Positions 38,504 through 51,176 are shown, numbered from the stretch's first letter. The stretch: DNA of 64,000 nucleotides from Anaerohalosphaeraceae bacterium (GCA_050309605.1 JBNRMN010000090.1:1-64000), one strand, 5' to 3'. The notes: generated from the sequence alone by a model not told the origin. Translations and numbers: made by a program.

Positions 38504-39250
38504 TTACTTGATTTGCCCCTGAAGACCGATCGTCACGTCCCTGAACGGTACATCCACCTGCGCCAGTGCGATTGCCTGTTGTGCAATCCGCACCAGGCCG
38601 GTACAGCAGGGCACCTCCATATGCACTACGGTCAGACGCTTGAGATGATTGTGCTTGATCAGTTGTGCCAGTTTCTCGACATAGGGCGACGTGTCGTCCA
38701 GCTTGGGACAGGCAATAGCAATCGCCCGACCGGCCAGCAGCGTCTCGTGAAAATCAGCCATCGCAAACGGCACACAGTCGGCCGTGAGCACCAGATCGGC
38801 CCCGGCAAAATACGGCGCCGTCGGCGAGACCAGATGAAGCTGCACCGGCCATTGCGCCAAGTGGGACGGTCGGTCGCCGGCTTGGGTTGTTGAATTCGAT
38901 TTCACCGCGGCGGCCTGGTTCAACGACATCATCCGCGCCCCCGAACAGACAAACCCGCCCTCGCGGGGCTCCTTGGGCTGCGATACAGGCTCAGCCTTGC
39001 CGGCCTGAAGCGTCTTGAGATACGCCTCGGTTGCCGCCTCGTCAAACTCAGCCGCCTCACGCTGCTCAATGGTAATTGCGTCCTGCGGACAATGCCCCAG
39101 ACACGCGCCCAACCCGTCGCAATAGGTCTCGCTGACGAGCCGGGCCTTGCCGTCGATAATCTGGATCGCGCCTTCAGCACAGGCGGTCACACACAGCCCG
39201 CACCCGTCGCATTTGCTTTCGTCAATCTTTACAATCTGTCGTATGGCCAT
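38504..39250 (-). CDS. 4Fe-4S dicluster ferredoxin-domain protein
   Basis: CDGCGLCVTAC, CDGLGACLGHCP, QWPVQL, ACPKLD, MEVPCC. Confidence 0.88.
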   Translation of the reverse strand: MAIRQIVKIDESKCDGCGLCVTACAEGAIQIIDGKARLVSETYCDGLGACLGHCPQDAITIEQREAAEFDEAATEAYLKTLQAGKAEPVSQPKEPREGGFVCSGARMMSLNQAAAVKSNSTTQAGDRPSHLAQWPVQLHLVSPTAPYFAGADLVLTADCVPFAMADFHETLLAGRAIAIACPKLDDTSPYVEKLAQLIKHNHLKRLTVVHMEVPCCTGLVRIAQQAIALAQVDVPFRDVTIGLQGQIK

Positions 39251-39287
39251 AATCTGTCCTGTCTAATCCCGTCCTGTTAGAAAATGC

Positions 39288-39506
39288 TTAATGACTATGT
39301 TCACGAATGGTTGGCTCGTCTTCCGGGCGAACCCACTTAAAAACAGCATCCGGCAGGCCCGATTCGATGGCTGTCTTGGCATCCGCGACGACCGGGCCGA
39401 ATAGCGTATCACAATGCGCCAACACGGAGGACGGAAACATCCCAAGCCCAAGCCATAGAGATATACAAACAGTGCGTTGAATAAGGCCTCTCATCTCATT
39501 GTCCAC
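39288..39506 (-). pseudogene. Truncated DUF6448-like secreted protein
   Basis: Signal peptide then AHCDTLFGPVV...KWV motif; stops after 72 aa. Confidence 0.55.
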
Positions 39507-39538
39507 AATGGGTTTTTTATTTCTTCTATTTGTAGTGC

Positions 39539-40285
39539 TTACTCTGAGGCCGCTTTTTGCTCGATCAGCACGGCCTTGGGAAACAGGATATTGTTTTCCA
39601 AATGAATGTGCGCGTGCAGGTCGCTTTCAAGCTCCGCCAGGCCGTCATAAAGGGCCTTGAATTTCTCGCAGGCATCGTCGGGCGGCTGCCAGTTGGATGT
39701 CAACTGGCGCATCCGATCCAGCGCCGCACCGGCGTTGTCATGCTCATATTCCATTTGACGGATAGGGTTCTGCACGCTGCCGCAATGCACTTCGGGCAAC
39801 GGCGCACCGGCCAGCAAATGCCGCTCAAACTGAGTAATATAAGGAAACAGAATCTGTTCTTCTTTTTCCAGATGCATCTCGATTTCCGCGGCCAATCCGT
39901 CAAACACCTCGCGCAGTGCATCAATCAGGGCGCCATGCGCTTTGCCGTGCGCGGCCCGCACCTGGTCAAACAGCGTTCGCAGGCGCGGCAGTTGCCGACG
40001 CATAAACCCGTGGTGATGATCGACAATGTAATCGCACAGCTCCTCGGCGCCGGCAGCATTCCAGTCTTTCGGCGGCGTCCCGGCGGCCGCTGCCTGCACC
40101 GCCGCGGCCAGCTCATCCTGAAGCGCCGCCACATCGAGGCCTGCCTTCTTGGCGGCCTGCTGCAAAGTCTGTTGGCCGTTGCAGCAGTAATCCAGCCGAT
40201 GTTTCTCAAACACCGCACGCAGCGCCGGATAGCGCGTCACCAGCGCCCCCAGCGATTCATTTTGATTGATATTCAATGTTTTCAT
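39539..40285 (-). CDS. ric: Iron-sulfur cluster repair di-iron protein (Ric/YtfE/ScdA)
   Basis: LDYCCNG, HH, HLEKEE.ILFP, MEYEHD, HIHLENNILFP. Confidence 0.95.
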   Translation of the reverse strand: MKTLNINQNESLGALVTRYPALRAVFEKHRLDYCCNGQQTLQQAAKKAGLDVAALQDELAAAVQAAAAGTPPKDWNAAGAEELCDYIVDHHHGFMRRQLPRLRTLFDQVRAAHGKAHGALIDALREVFDGLAAEIEMHLEKEEQILFPYITQFERHLLAGAPLPEVHCGSVQNPIRQMEYEHDNAGAALDRMRQLTSNWQPPDDACEKFKALYDGLAELESDLHAHIHLENNILFPKAVLIEQKAASE

Positions 40286-40335
40286 CGTACACCATCCTTC
40301 TGTGCAATACACAGAATCGGGTTAACCGTTCACGA

Positions 40336-40408
40336 ACCAGAGACCAGAGGCCGAACAGTATTCGACCTCTGCCTCTGTCTTCTGTCTTCTGTCTTCTGAC
40401 CTCTGATC
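40336..40408. repeat. 7-mer array (about 6 units, minus strand) plus short inverted copy forming a hairpin
   Basis: Minus strand cagaggt cagaaga cagaaga cagaaga cagagg cagaggt cgaa-tactg-ttcg gcctctg gtctctg. Confidence 0.85.
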
Positions 40409-42058
40409 CTAACTGGCCAGCATCACTTTCAAATCCTCTTGCGGCGTGCTGATCGGGGCAATGTTAAATTGTTCCACCAACACGTTCAGCACATTCGGAC
40501 CAATAAACGCCGGCAGCGACGGCCCCAGCCGCATATTCCTGATGCCCAGATGCAGCAGCGTCAACAGGATACACACCGCCTTTTGCTCGTACCAGCTCAG
40601 CACCAGGGTCAGCGGCAGATCGTTGACATCACACTCAAACGCATTGGCCAGCGCCACGGCAATCTGAATCGCCGAGTAGGCGTCGTTGCACTGGCCGACA
40701 TCCAGCAGCCGCGGAATCCCGCCGATATCGCCGAACGGCAGCTTGTTAAAGCGATACTTGCCGCAGGCCAGCGTCAGGATGACGCAATCATCGGGCACCT
40801 GTTGAGCAAACTCGGTGTAGTAGTTGCGTCCCGGCTTGGCGCCGTCGCAGCCGCCGACCAGGAAAAAGTGCCGAATCTGTCCGGCCTTGACCGCCTCGAT
40901 AACTTTATCGGCCACCCCCATCACCGCGTTGTGTCCAAATCCGATAGTAATAGTCTTTTCCTCGGCGTCTTCGGTAAAGCCCGGCTGCGCCAGCGCGGCC
41001 TCGATCACCGGCGAAAAATCACGATTACTGATGTGCTTAACACCCGGCCAGGCGACCAGCCCGCAGGTAAAGATGCGGTCTTTGTAGCTGTCGCGCGGCT
41101 TTTGGATGCAGTTGGTCGTCATCAAAATCGCACCGGGGAACACATCAAACTCTTTTTGCTGATCCTGCCACGCCCCGCCGTAGTTGCCGGCCAGATGCGA
41201 ATACTTCTTCAGCCCCGGATAGGCGTTGCACGGCAGCATTTCGCCATGGGTATAGACGTTGATGCCTTTGCCTTCGGTCTGCTTGAGCAATTCTTCAAGG
41301 TCTTTCAGGTCGTGGCCGGACACCAATATGGCTTTGCCTTTTTTCGGCGTTATACGAACGACGGTCGGCTCCGGGTGCCCATACGTTCCGGTGTTGGCCT
41401 TGTCCAGCAGTTCCATCACTTTCAGGTTCACCTCGCCGACCTTCAGGGTCATCGCCACCAGCGCATCAACATCGGTCGCCTGCGGCTCGGTTAAAAAGTT
41501 CAAGGCCTCATAGAAAAAGTCATACACCGCATCCTCTTCAATACCCAAAATCATGGCATGATCAGCATACGCCGCCATGCCTTTCAGCCCATAGACAATC
41601 AATTCCTGCAAGCCCGACACATCCGGCCCGAGGGCTTCAATTTTTTTGGCAATACTGAGGTCTTCGGCTTGGCGCATCATCTCATCCCGATTGGCCGGCG
41701 CACGCCAGTCGGCCGCGCCGCCGAGCGGTTCAGCGGATTGGCCGGCTTTCTGAGCCGCGGTTTGATAATGGTTCTTGGCCCGGTCCAGCAGCGTCCCGGC
41801 CTTGCCGAGCAGTGCTTCAATCCGAACCGGATCAAAGTTCACATTGGTCACCGTCGTAAACAAGGCCTCCAAAATGAAACGGTCAATCTCCCGATCACGG
41901 ACGCCCAGCTTGCCGGCGCGATGCATCACCATTGAGATCCCTTCGGCCGCGTGCACCAGCAAATCCTGCAACAGTGCCGTCTCATTGTCCTTGCCGCACA
42001 CACCAACGCGCGTACATCCTTTACCGCCTACTGTCTGTTCACACTGATAACAAAACAT
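40409..42058 (-). CDS. hcp: Hybrid cluster protein (hydroxylamine/NO reductase)
   Basis: MFCYQCEQT...C...[30 protein letters not shown]. Confidence 0.97.
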   Translation of the reverse strand: MFCYQCEQTVGGKGCTRVGVCGKDNETALLQDLLVHAAEGISMVMHRAGKLGVRDREIDRFILEALFTTVTNVNFDPVRIEALLGKAGTLLDRAKNHYQTAAQKAGQSAEPLGGAADWRAPANRDEMMRQAEDLSIAKKIEALGPDVSGLQELIVYGLKGMAAYADHAMILGIEEDAVYDFFYEALNFLTEPQATDVDALVAMTLKVGEVNLKVMELLDKANTGTYGHPEPTVVRITPKKGKAILVSGHDLKDLEELLKQTEGKGINVYTHGEMLPCNAYPGLKKYSHLAGNYGGAWQDQQKEFDVFPGAILMTTNCIQKPRDSYKDRIFTCGLVAWPGVKHISNRDFSPVIEAALAQPGFTEDAEEKTITIGFGHNAVMGVADKVIEAVKAGQIRHFFLVGGCDGAKPGRNYYTEFAQQVPDDCVILTLACGKYRFNKLPFGDIGGIPRLLDVGQCNDAYSAIQIAVALANAFECDVNDLPLTLVLSWYEQKAVCILLTLLHLGIRNMRLGPSLPAFIGPNVLNVLVEQFNIAPISTPQEDLKVMLAS

Positions 42059-42085
42059 GTCTCAATCCTTTCAAAAAAGTGTTTC

Positions 42086-42123
42086 GTATCTGATTTCTGT
42101 CTTCTGTCCTCTGTCTTCTGTCC
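42086..42123 (-). repeat. 7-mer array (about 5 units)
   Basis: Minus strand cagaaga cagagga cagaaga cagaaat cagatac. Confidence 0.8.
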
Positions 42124-42474
42124 TCACGCACGAATCATTGTCAACAGCATCTTAAATTTTTCCTCGCCGCGCACCGCATGCGGGATATGGGCCGGCATAA
42201 TCACCACCTGCCCGGCTGAGACGGTCATTTCTTCGCCCGCAATGGTAATCACCGCCTGACCATCGGTAATCTGCACCAGCGCGTCATACGGCGCGGTATG
42301 TTCACTGAGCCGCTGGCCGGCGTCAAAGGCAAACAGCGTCACCGTGCCGGGATCTTTATCGACCAGCGTCTTGCTGACCACCGAATCAGACGCATACGTG
42401 ATCAAATCATTCAATGCCTGCGGCTTGGCCGTACAGGCGTCCAGGATGCCGTTTCGTTTTTTTGCTTGACTCAT
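42124..42474 (-). CDS. Cupin domain protein
   Basis: VTLFAFDAGQRLSEHTAP, MPAHIPHAV, KMLL. Confidence 0.9.
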   Translation of the reverse strand: MSQAKKRNGILDACTAKPQALNDLITYASDSVVSKTLVDKDPGTVTLFAFDAGQRLSEHTAPYDALVQITDGQAVITIAGEEMTVSAGQVVIMPAHIPHAVRGEEKFKMLLTMIRA

Positions 42475-42895
42475 CGTTTTGCATTCCTTTCGTTTTTGCA
42501 AATTCCGCCAGCGTCACATCCGCCAAGAATCCGTCTATTACGTGCTGCATATCGCCCAGCTTCTGATGCACCGGACAGCCGCCTTTCAACGGACAGCGAA
42601 AATCGCCCGCCAAACAGCGAATCACATTGACCGGTCCCTGTATGGCCTCGATCACCTGTCCAAAAGTAATCGCTTCCGGCCGTCGCGACAACACAAATCC
42701 GCCCCGCGGCCCCATCGTACTGACGACCACGTCCGCGGCCGAGAGCTTTTGCAGCAGCTTACAGGCAATCGCATACGACACTGCATTATCCCGCGCCAGC
42801 ACCCGCGCCGAAAGCGGTTTTCCGGTTTGGTACGCCTTGGCCAGATGAGATGCCATCCGCAGGGCATAATCGGTATCGCGTCGTATCACATCCAT
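42407..42895 (-). CDS. Rrf2 family Fe-S transcriptional regulator
   Basis: DYALR, GPRGGF, three cysteines (C..C..C.VH). Its 3' tail overlaps the cupin start. Confidence 0.9.
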   Translation of the reverse strand: MDVIRRDTDYALRMASHLAKAYQTGKPLSARVLARDNAVSYAIACKLLQKLSAADVVVSTMGPRGGFVLSRRPEAITFGQVIEAIQGPVNVIRCLAGDFRCPLKGGCPVHQKLGDMQHVIDGFLADVTLAEFAKTKGMQNDESSKKTKRHPGRLYGQAAGIE

Positions 42896-42937
42896 TCTTT
42901 CAAGTTGCCTTCATTCAAATCATGCTGTCTTGTTTAT

Positions 42938-42974
42938 ATAGGAATAATTTAGTCCTATTTTCGGCAAAAGTCAA
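42938..42974 (-). promoter_or_regulatory. Promoter with overlapping Rrf2-type operator
   Basis: Minus strand TTGACT-N17-TAAATT; IR ATAGGA-N9-TCCTAT at 42938-42958. Confidence 0.65.
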
Positions 42975-43054
42975 TACCCAAATTTAAATTTTTTTGATTT
43001 TTTTCAATAATCCCGCTATGCTGACGTGGTCTTTTTGCACTAAGTCTTTCAAAT

Positions 43055-43597
43055 ATGAGCACTTATATATTCAAAACCCGATGGGGGTGGTGTGGTTTAA
43101 CCGGTTCTGCGCACGGCCTGAAACAGGCGTGTCTGCCGATGGCCGACGAACAGGCCGTGCTCCGATACTTGCAGGTGGAAAACGCCAGCAACGCCTTATC
43201 AGATAAAATGCTCTCAACCTGTCGGGGCGTGTTCTGCGATTATTTTGAGGGCAAACGGGTCGATTTTTCCCGTATCCCTGTCGATTGGGCCGGTTTTACC
43301 CCCTTTCAGCGGAGTGTGCTCCGTGCCCTTCAAATGATAAGCTACGGAAAAACAATCAGTTACGATGGTTTGGCCGAGCTGGCCGGCCGTCCGCGGGCTG
43401 TTCGGGCCGCGGCCAACGCCGTGGCGAATAATCCATTGCCGCTGATTATTCCCTGCCATCGCGTCGTGCGAAAAGACGGCGCATTAGGCGGCTTTTCCGC
43501 CCCCGGCGGGACAACAATCAAAGAAAAATTACTCACACTCGAGCACATCGACCTGTCTTCCGGCCGGGTCGATTCACCCGCCGCATCTTATCCATAA
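43055..43597 (+). CDS. ogt: Methylated-DNA--protein-cysteine methyltransferase
   Basis: TPFQ, AVRA, IIPCHRV active site. Confidence 0.93.
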   Translation: MSTYIFKTRWGWCGLTGSAHGLKQACLPMADEQAVLRYLQVENASNALSDKMLSTCRGVFCDYFEGKRVDFSRIPVDWAGFTPFQRSVLRALQMISYGKTISYDGLAELAGRPRAVRAAANAVANNPLPLIIPCHRVVRKDGALGGFSAPGGTTIKEKLLTLEHIDLSSGRVDSPAASYP

Positions 43598-43655
43598 AAA
43601 CAGGCACGCCATTTCAGGACGTGCCGAACAGAAAAAATGATGTTGAGTTTGTGAA

Positions 43656-44339
43656 TTATTTGATGGTTTCGTCCGGTTCAGCTCCGCGCAACGGCCCCAG
43701 CAGGCCGGTGCTTTTTCGCGGCGGAACCTGCACCCGCACGCCCATCCGACCCAGTTCCGAGGCCACATCCGGCTGATTGGGGTCAATCTCAAAACTGCGC
43801 CGCAAGTGGGTCTCGGCCCGAACGGAATCGCCTTTGGATAGGTAAAAATACCCTAACTGTTTGTGGATTGACGCGGTATTCGGCGACAATTCCTGCGCCC
43901 GCCTGTAACAGGTCAGCGCATAATCATCCAGTTTTTCCCGCTGAAAGCTGCGCCCCAGAGCCATCAGGGCCGACGCACTGGTTGCGGCCTGATTGATATA
44001 CATCTCGGCCGTGATTTTGGCGCGTTGGGGGTCCTTACGATCCTGATACAGCTTAACCATCGCGGCCTGGGCCTTCCGATGGGCCGGATCAAACCCCATC
44101 GCCACATTATAATGAAACTCCGCACGCTCGTATCGGCCTTCCTGATGGTACATCTTAGCCAACTCATAATGGGCCTGCGGGTTTTCGTAGCGGGCGGCGA
44201 TCGTCGTCTGCAACTCGGCCTTGCGCGCCTCGGCGGCTGTGCGGGCGGGCGCTTCCGCTGCCGTATCGGAAGGACTCGTGCAGCCTCCGACCCATACCGC
44301 CGCTATCATGCATACTGCTATCCAATATGTCTGTTTCAT
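43656..44339 (-). CDS. TPR-repeat lipoprotein
   Basis: VGGC lipobox; several TPR-like repeats. Confidence 0.8.
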   Translation of the reverse strand: MKQTYWIAVCMIAAVWVGGCTSPSDTAAEAPARTAAEARKAELQTTIAARYENPQAHYELAKMYHQEGRYERAEFHYNVAMGFDPAHRKAQAAMVKLYQDRKDPQRAKITAEMYINQAATSASALMALGRSFQREKLDDYALTCYRRAQELSPNTASIHKQLGYFYLSKGDSVRAETHLRRSFEIDPNQPDVASELGRMGVRVQVPPRKSTGLLGPLRGAEPDETIK

Positions 44340-44485
44340 ATAAGCCTCCGTTCTTTATCATCGGGCTTTTGAGCGCGTTTTGTGCACAAAATTTGCCGGC
44401 GGCGCTATTCTGTACACACTGCACCGATATTGCAAGCAAAAAACCGTTTCCCGTCGTCGGGGACAGGCCCCTTGCTAAGGGGCAA

Positions 44486-46924
<2,439 letters not shown>

Positions 46925-47296
46925 TTAGATATCCTCGTCATAATCTTTCATTGGAATAATCCGCAGCTTTCGGACCGCGGCAGTCGGACAGCAGCGATGC
47001 AGCTCAGCCAGCAGGTCATTGCGCATCATCTGAAGCTGATGCATATACGGCCCCGGCGCCGCCTGAATGGTCAGGACGTGTCCCGTGTACGAATCCAGCC
47101 GACACCACGGCTTCAATCCCGGGGGGATCAACGCCTCCCATGCATCCACCAGCAACGCGTTTCGGTTAAGCTGGGCCGCGCGGCGCTGCAACAATGCCGT
47201 CGCCTCCTGATCCGCTCGAAAACAGCGCGACGCCGGCTTTTTCTGCCATTGCGTCGCGGAACGCAGCAACCTGTCCTGTTTCAGTTCGTCATTCAC
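46925..47296 (-). CDS. DUF721/DciA family protein
   Basis: Conserved position between dnaN and gyrB; size and W/L pattern. Confidence 0.7.
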   Translation of the reverse strand: MNDELKQDRLLRSATQWQKKPASRCFRADQEATALLQRRAAQLNRNALLVDAWEALIPPGLKPWCRLDSYTGHVLTIQAAPGPYMHQLQMMRNDLLAELHRCCPTAAVRKLRIIPMKDYDEDI

Positions 47297-47374
47297 ATCC
47301 GCACAGCCTTAGGACAACAAAGACACGTTCAGACAGCCCACACCGCCGGAGGTCTTGCCCGCCGCAGAGGATTT

Positions 47375-48472
47375 TTACAAATTGACGGGCATAATCAGGT
47401 ATAAGAAATTGGCGCCGCTTTTAATCAGACCGGGCCGGTCCGACTGACCGAGGTGCAGCTCAAAATCATTGGCCTTGAGCACACGCAGCACATCCACCAA
47501 AAACTGGGGGTTAAAGCCGATCTCAATCGGCTCACCGTCATACTCCACCGCCATATCAATCTGCGCATCGCCCGTCTCCGGCGCACGGCTTGAAAACACC
47601 AGCGAGTGCTTGTCCAGACTCAGTTTGATGCCTTTGCTGTCTTCGGTCGCCAGCAGGGCGGCACGGCGCACGGCACTGAGCGTCGGAGCGGTCGGCAGCG
47701 TCACTTTCTTTTGATAATCCGTCGGGATGATATCTTCGTAGCGAGGGAAGTTGCCTTCGAGCAGATTCGAGCTGACCACCACATCGCCGCATATCAGCGC
47801 CACTTGATTATTGATAAACCGGATCCCCGCCGACACACCGTCCTGCATCGGAATCTTGTCGAGAATGGTCATCGTCTTGGCCGGGACAATGATACGGCCT
47901 TCCGGCACCGAGGACGCTTTTTCCAGCGGGACCATCGACTTGGACAACCGCCGCCCGTCCGTCGCAACCAGGGCCAGCTTTTTGCCGTGCAGCTCCCAGA
48001 GGATGCCGTTCAGCGCATACCGCGTGCTTTCTTTGGCGGCGGCAAAGACCGTCTGCTCGATGCCCTCCTGGAGCGTCTCCAGTTTGACCTCCAGATCGGC
48101 CTGCCCCTCAAAGCCCGGCACAGTCGGATACTGAGCCGAGTCGTGGCCGTAAATCGTGAAGCGGCTGTCCGAACCGACCAGATGAACGGCCGACTCGGCA
48201 GCCTGCATTTCTATAATCTCGTCAAAACTTTCTCGCACAATCGAGTTAAGCTTGTCGGCGGGGATGACAATATCGCCTTCCTCAGCCACCTCAACCTGGT
48301 TGATCAGGGCGGTGATGCCGATCTCAAGATCGGTAGCGCTCAGACGCACCGCGCCTTGTTCGGTCGCAATGCGCAGGCACTGAAGGATCGGTTTGGGTGT
48401 TCGGCTTGGAACAATGCTGGTGACCAGACCCAATGCTTCCTGTAACGCCGCTCGATTGAATTTTACTTTCAT
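47375..48472 (-). CDS. dnaN: DNA polymerase III beta clamp
   Basis: ATDLE, VATDGRRL, LLEGNFP, IGFNP, YLIMPV. Confidence 0.97.
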   Translation of the reverse strand: MKVKFNRAALQEALGLVTSIVPSRTPKPILQCLRIATEQGAVRLSATDLEIGITALINQVEVAEEGDIVIPADKLNSIVRESFDEIIEMQAAESAVHLVGSDSRFTIYGHDSAQYPTVPGFEGQADLEVKLETLQEGIEQTVFAAAKESTRYALNGILWELHGKKLALVATDGRRLSKSMVPLEKASSVPEGRIIVPAKTMTILDKIPMQDGVSAGIRFINNQVALICGDVVVSSNLLEGNFPRYEDIIPTDYQKKVTLPTAPTLSAVRRAALLATEDSKGIKLSLDKHSLVFSSRAPETGDAQIDMAVEYDGEPIEIGFNPQFLVDVLRVLKANDFELHLGQSDRPGLIKSGANFLYLIMPVNL

Positions 48473-48990
48473 AGCGTCCCTCGCTTGGTTAAACAGTGTC
48501 TGTTACGCTCTAAATTCAGGCTTTCTTATCCAAAGTCAATCCTCTAATTTACCCTACCCGAAGGCATTTGAAAAGGGTTTTTTACGCTGTCAATGCGGAT
48601 ATTTTTCTCTTCAGAGCAGACATCCAACAGGGTGCCGCCCCGGCTGTTCAAAACAATATATTAAAGAAAAAAGAAACAGTCGTATTAAAACTATGGCCGG
48701 TGAAATTGTGAGGCAATTCTGGCGGCGGAGAGTAACCTGAGTTCCGCAAAGCGGTTAGAAAAAGAAAAATCAGTCGATTAGTGTGGACAAGCTGTTGGAT
48801 TGACTGTGTGGATAGGTATCGAAATGCTGTTAAAACTTTGATATTAGTACTGGAAGGGGGGCTTTTTTACATTTTCTCCAACATGCCTCACATGATTATT
48901 AACAGGTTTTCCACAGAACGTATAACACATCGACACTGCTCTTTCAGCATTAAAAACAGCGGTCTTTGAAGGGTACGTTTATTGTCGTTT
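48473..48990. other. Candidate replication origin (oriC)
   Basis: AT-rich gap upstream of dnaN with DnaA-box-like 9-mers: TGTGGACAA 48782, TGTGGATAG 48807, TTATTAACA 48896, TTTTCCACA 48907, TTATCCAAA 48526. Confidence 0.65.
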
Positions 48991-50940
48991 TTATCCTAAT
49001 CGATATTCCCATGCTTCATACCATAAAGACAGATCCTTTTTAAGAGATTCCATCTCCTGTTTTAATTGAGCCAGTCGAGCCGGGTTTTGGTAAACGCTTT
49101 CGTCGCCGAAAAGGGCGTTTAGCTGTTCCTGTTTTTCCTCAAGGGCGGCAATGGTTTGTTCCATCTGCTCGAGTGTGTATTTATTAAAGGCCTTCAGATG
49201 TTTCGGTGCGGCGTTTTTGGATTCCCGCGATGGTTCTGTGGTTTTGGCGGTTTCGGCCCGACAGAGATCAGCCGCTTTCCGCTGTTCAAGTATTTGAATG
49301 TAAGTGCTGTAAACACCATTACTTTCAGGATAAATAGAGGGGATAATTTCGAGGTTCCCCAACTGTTTTTGACCATAGCGGTCCACGCCGATAACCAGCA
49401 GTTCTTCCGCCACCTGATCAAGGAAATAGCGGTCGTGGCTGACAGCCATAATCGTGCCGTTAAAATCCTGCAGGGCCTGTTCAAGTAGTTCGCGACTTGG
49501 AATATCGAGATGGTTGGTTGGCTCGTCAAGAATCAGTAAATCCGGCTCCTGCAAAACCAATTTACAGAGCATCAGGCGGCTTTGCTGGCCTCCGCTCAGG
49601 TCGCCGACCCGTTTGAAGACCTCCTCGCCGCTGAACAGAAATGCCCCCAAACGGGAGCGAATCGCCTCCGGCAGCAGCTCCGGGCGGGCGGTTCGTGCCT
49701 CATCAAGAACCGTGTTTTCCACATCCAAACTTAAGGCGTGTTGATCCAGGTAACCGACCTTAATCGAGCGCCCCAGTCGAATCAACCCGTTATCCGGCGA
49801 AAGCTGACCCAGAATCAGACGTAATAAAGTGGTCTTTCCGGTTCCATTCGGGCCTGTAATACCCAGTCGTTGACCATTTGTCAGCTCGAATGACAGATTT
49901 TCAAATAAGGTCAGACTGTCAAAGCGTTTACTGATATCGTCAACACGCAAAACAAGCTCTGTTTTTGAGTGGGATTCGGCAAATGAGAAGTGAATCGTTT
50001 TGTTTTTAGAGGTTTTTTGGAGAAAATCAGGGTTTTCTTTAAGCATCCGGTTCAGTCGGGTCTTTCGCCCGCGGGCGGTTTTGCGCATCCCCTCCTTGTC
50101 TTTGTTGCGGGCGATAAAATCAAGCGTGCGTTCGACCATCTCGGTTCGCTTTTTGTATTCTCTTTCCTGAGAAAGACTAACCGCTTGCTTGGTGGCCAGA
50201 AACTGTGAATAATTTCCCTTCCAGACGCGAGCGGTTTTGTGTTCAAGCTCAACGATTTTTTCGGCCACCCGGTCCAGCAAATACCGGTCATGGCTAATCA
50301 AAATAACGGCGCCGGGATAGGCCCGAAGGTAATCCTCCAGCCACGAGGCCGCCTGCAAATCGAGATGATTGGTCGGTTCGTCAAGCAAGAGACAATTGGT
50401 GTTCTGGACAAGGACTTTCGCTAATCCAAGGCGCGAGACCTGCCCGCCGCTTAGGGCGGAAGTTGGGGTGTCGTACAATTCCGGCCCGAATCCAAGCCCT
50501 GCCAGTGTACTTTTAATGCGGGCTTCGCAGCCGTATCCGCCGGACACCTCGACGGCATGGCACAAGTGATCATATTCGTTCATCACGGATGTCAAGTTCT
50601 GGCCGTGCGAGTGGGCCATTTGCTCGGCCAGGTGTTCGATCCGCCGCAACATCGTCAAGGTCTCGGCCATGCCGTCGTACATCTCCTCAAGCACGGTTTT
50701 TTGCCCGTCAAATGTCGGTTCTTGGGACAAATATCCGATTTTGAGGTCGGATGCAAGGGTTACTGTGCCCATATCAGGCGATTCTGTGCCCAGAATCATC
50801 TTTAATAAAGTGGTCTTGCCGCTGCCGTTCGGGCCGATAAGCCCGACCTTCTGCCCGGCATATAAATGCAGGGCCAGACCGGAAAAAACAACATCCGAAC
50901 CAAATGTCTTGTGAATATCCTGAAATACCGCAATTGCCAT
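48991..50940 (-). CDS. ABC-F family ATPase (Uup/YheS-like)
   Basis: Two Walker A motifs (GPNGSGKT, GPNGTGKT), two LSGG, two DEPTNHLD; coiled-coil C-terminus; no TM. Confidence 0.93.
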   Translation of the reverse strand: MAIAVFQDIHKTFGSDVVFSGLALHLYAGQKVGLIGPNGSGKTTLLKMILGTESPDMGTVTLASDLKIGYLSQEPTFDGQKTVLEEMYDGMAETLTMLRRIEHLAEQMAHSHGQNLTSVMNEYDHLCHAVEVSGGYGCEARIKSTLAGLGFGPELYDTPTSALSGGQVSRLGLAKVLVQNTNCLLLDEPTNHLDLQAASWLEDYLRAYPGAVILISHDRYLLDRVAEKIVELEHKTARVWKGNYSQFLATKQAVSLSQEREYKKRTEMVERTLDFIARNKDKEGMRKTARGRKTRLNRMLKENPDFLQKTSKNKTIHFSFAESHSKTELVLRVDDISKRFDSLTLFENLSFELTNGQRLGITGPNGTGKTTLLRLILGQLSPDNGLIRLGRSIKVGYLDQHALSLDVENTVLDEARTARPELLPEAIRSRLGAFLFSGEEVFKRVGDLSGGQQSRLMLCKLVLQEPDLLILDEPTNHLDIPSRELLEQALQDFNGTIMAVSHDRYFLDQVAEELLVIGVDRYGQKQLGNLEIIPSIYPESNGVYSTYIQILEQRKAADLCRAETAKTTEPSRESKNAAPKHLKAFNKYTLEQMEQTIAALEEKQEQLNALFGDESVYQNPARLAQLKQEMESLKKDLSLWYEAWEYRLG

Positions 50941-51097
50941 GAGCACACATAATCTGGATTGATGAGCGGAACAATCTAACAGCACCGAAGTATAAAAAAA
51001 GCGGGCAGCAAAAGCAATCAAACTTTTCAGATCGAGCGGCGATAATCGAGGCCGCCGCCGGAGGTGTAAGCGAAATCCGTGTTTATGAATTTTTATT

Positions 51098-51126
51098 TTG
51101 ACAGTAATTTTTTGGTATGATACAAT
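51098..51126 (+). promoter_or_regulatory. Sigma70-type promoter
   Basis: TTGACA-N17-TACAAT. Confidence 0.65.
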
Positions 51127-51176
51127 TTTGGAGGCGTTAATCCGCGTATGACGGCATTATATTTGCAGGGATAACA

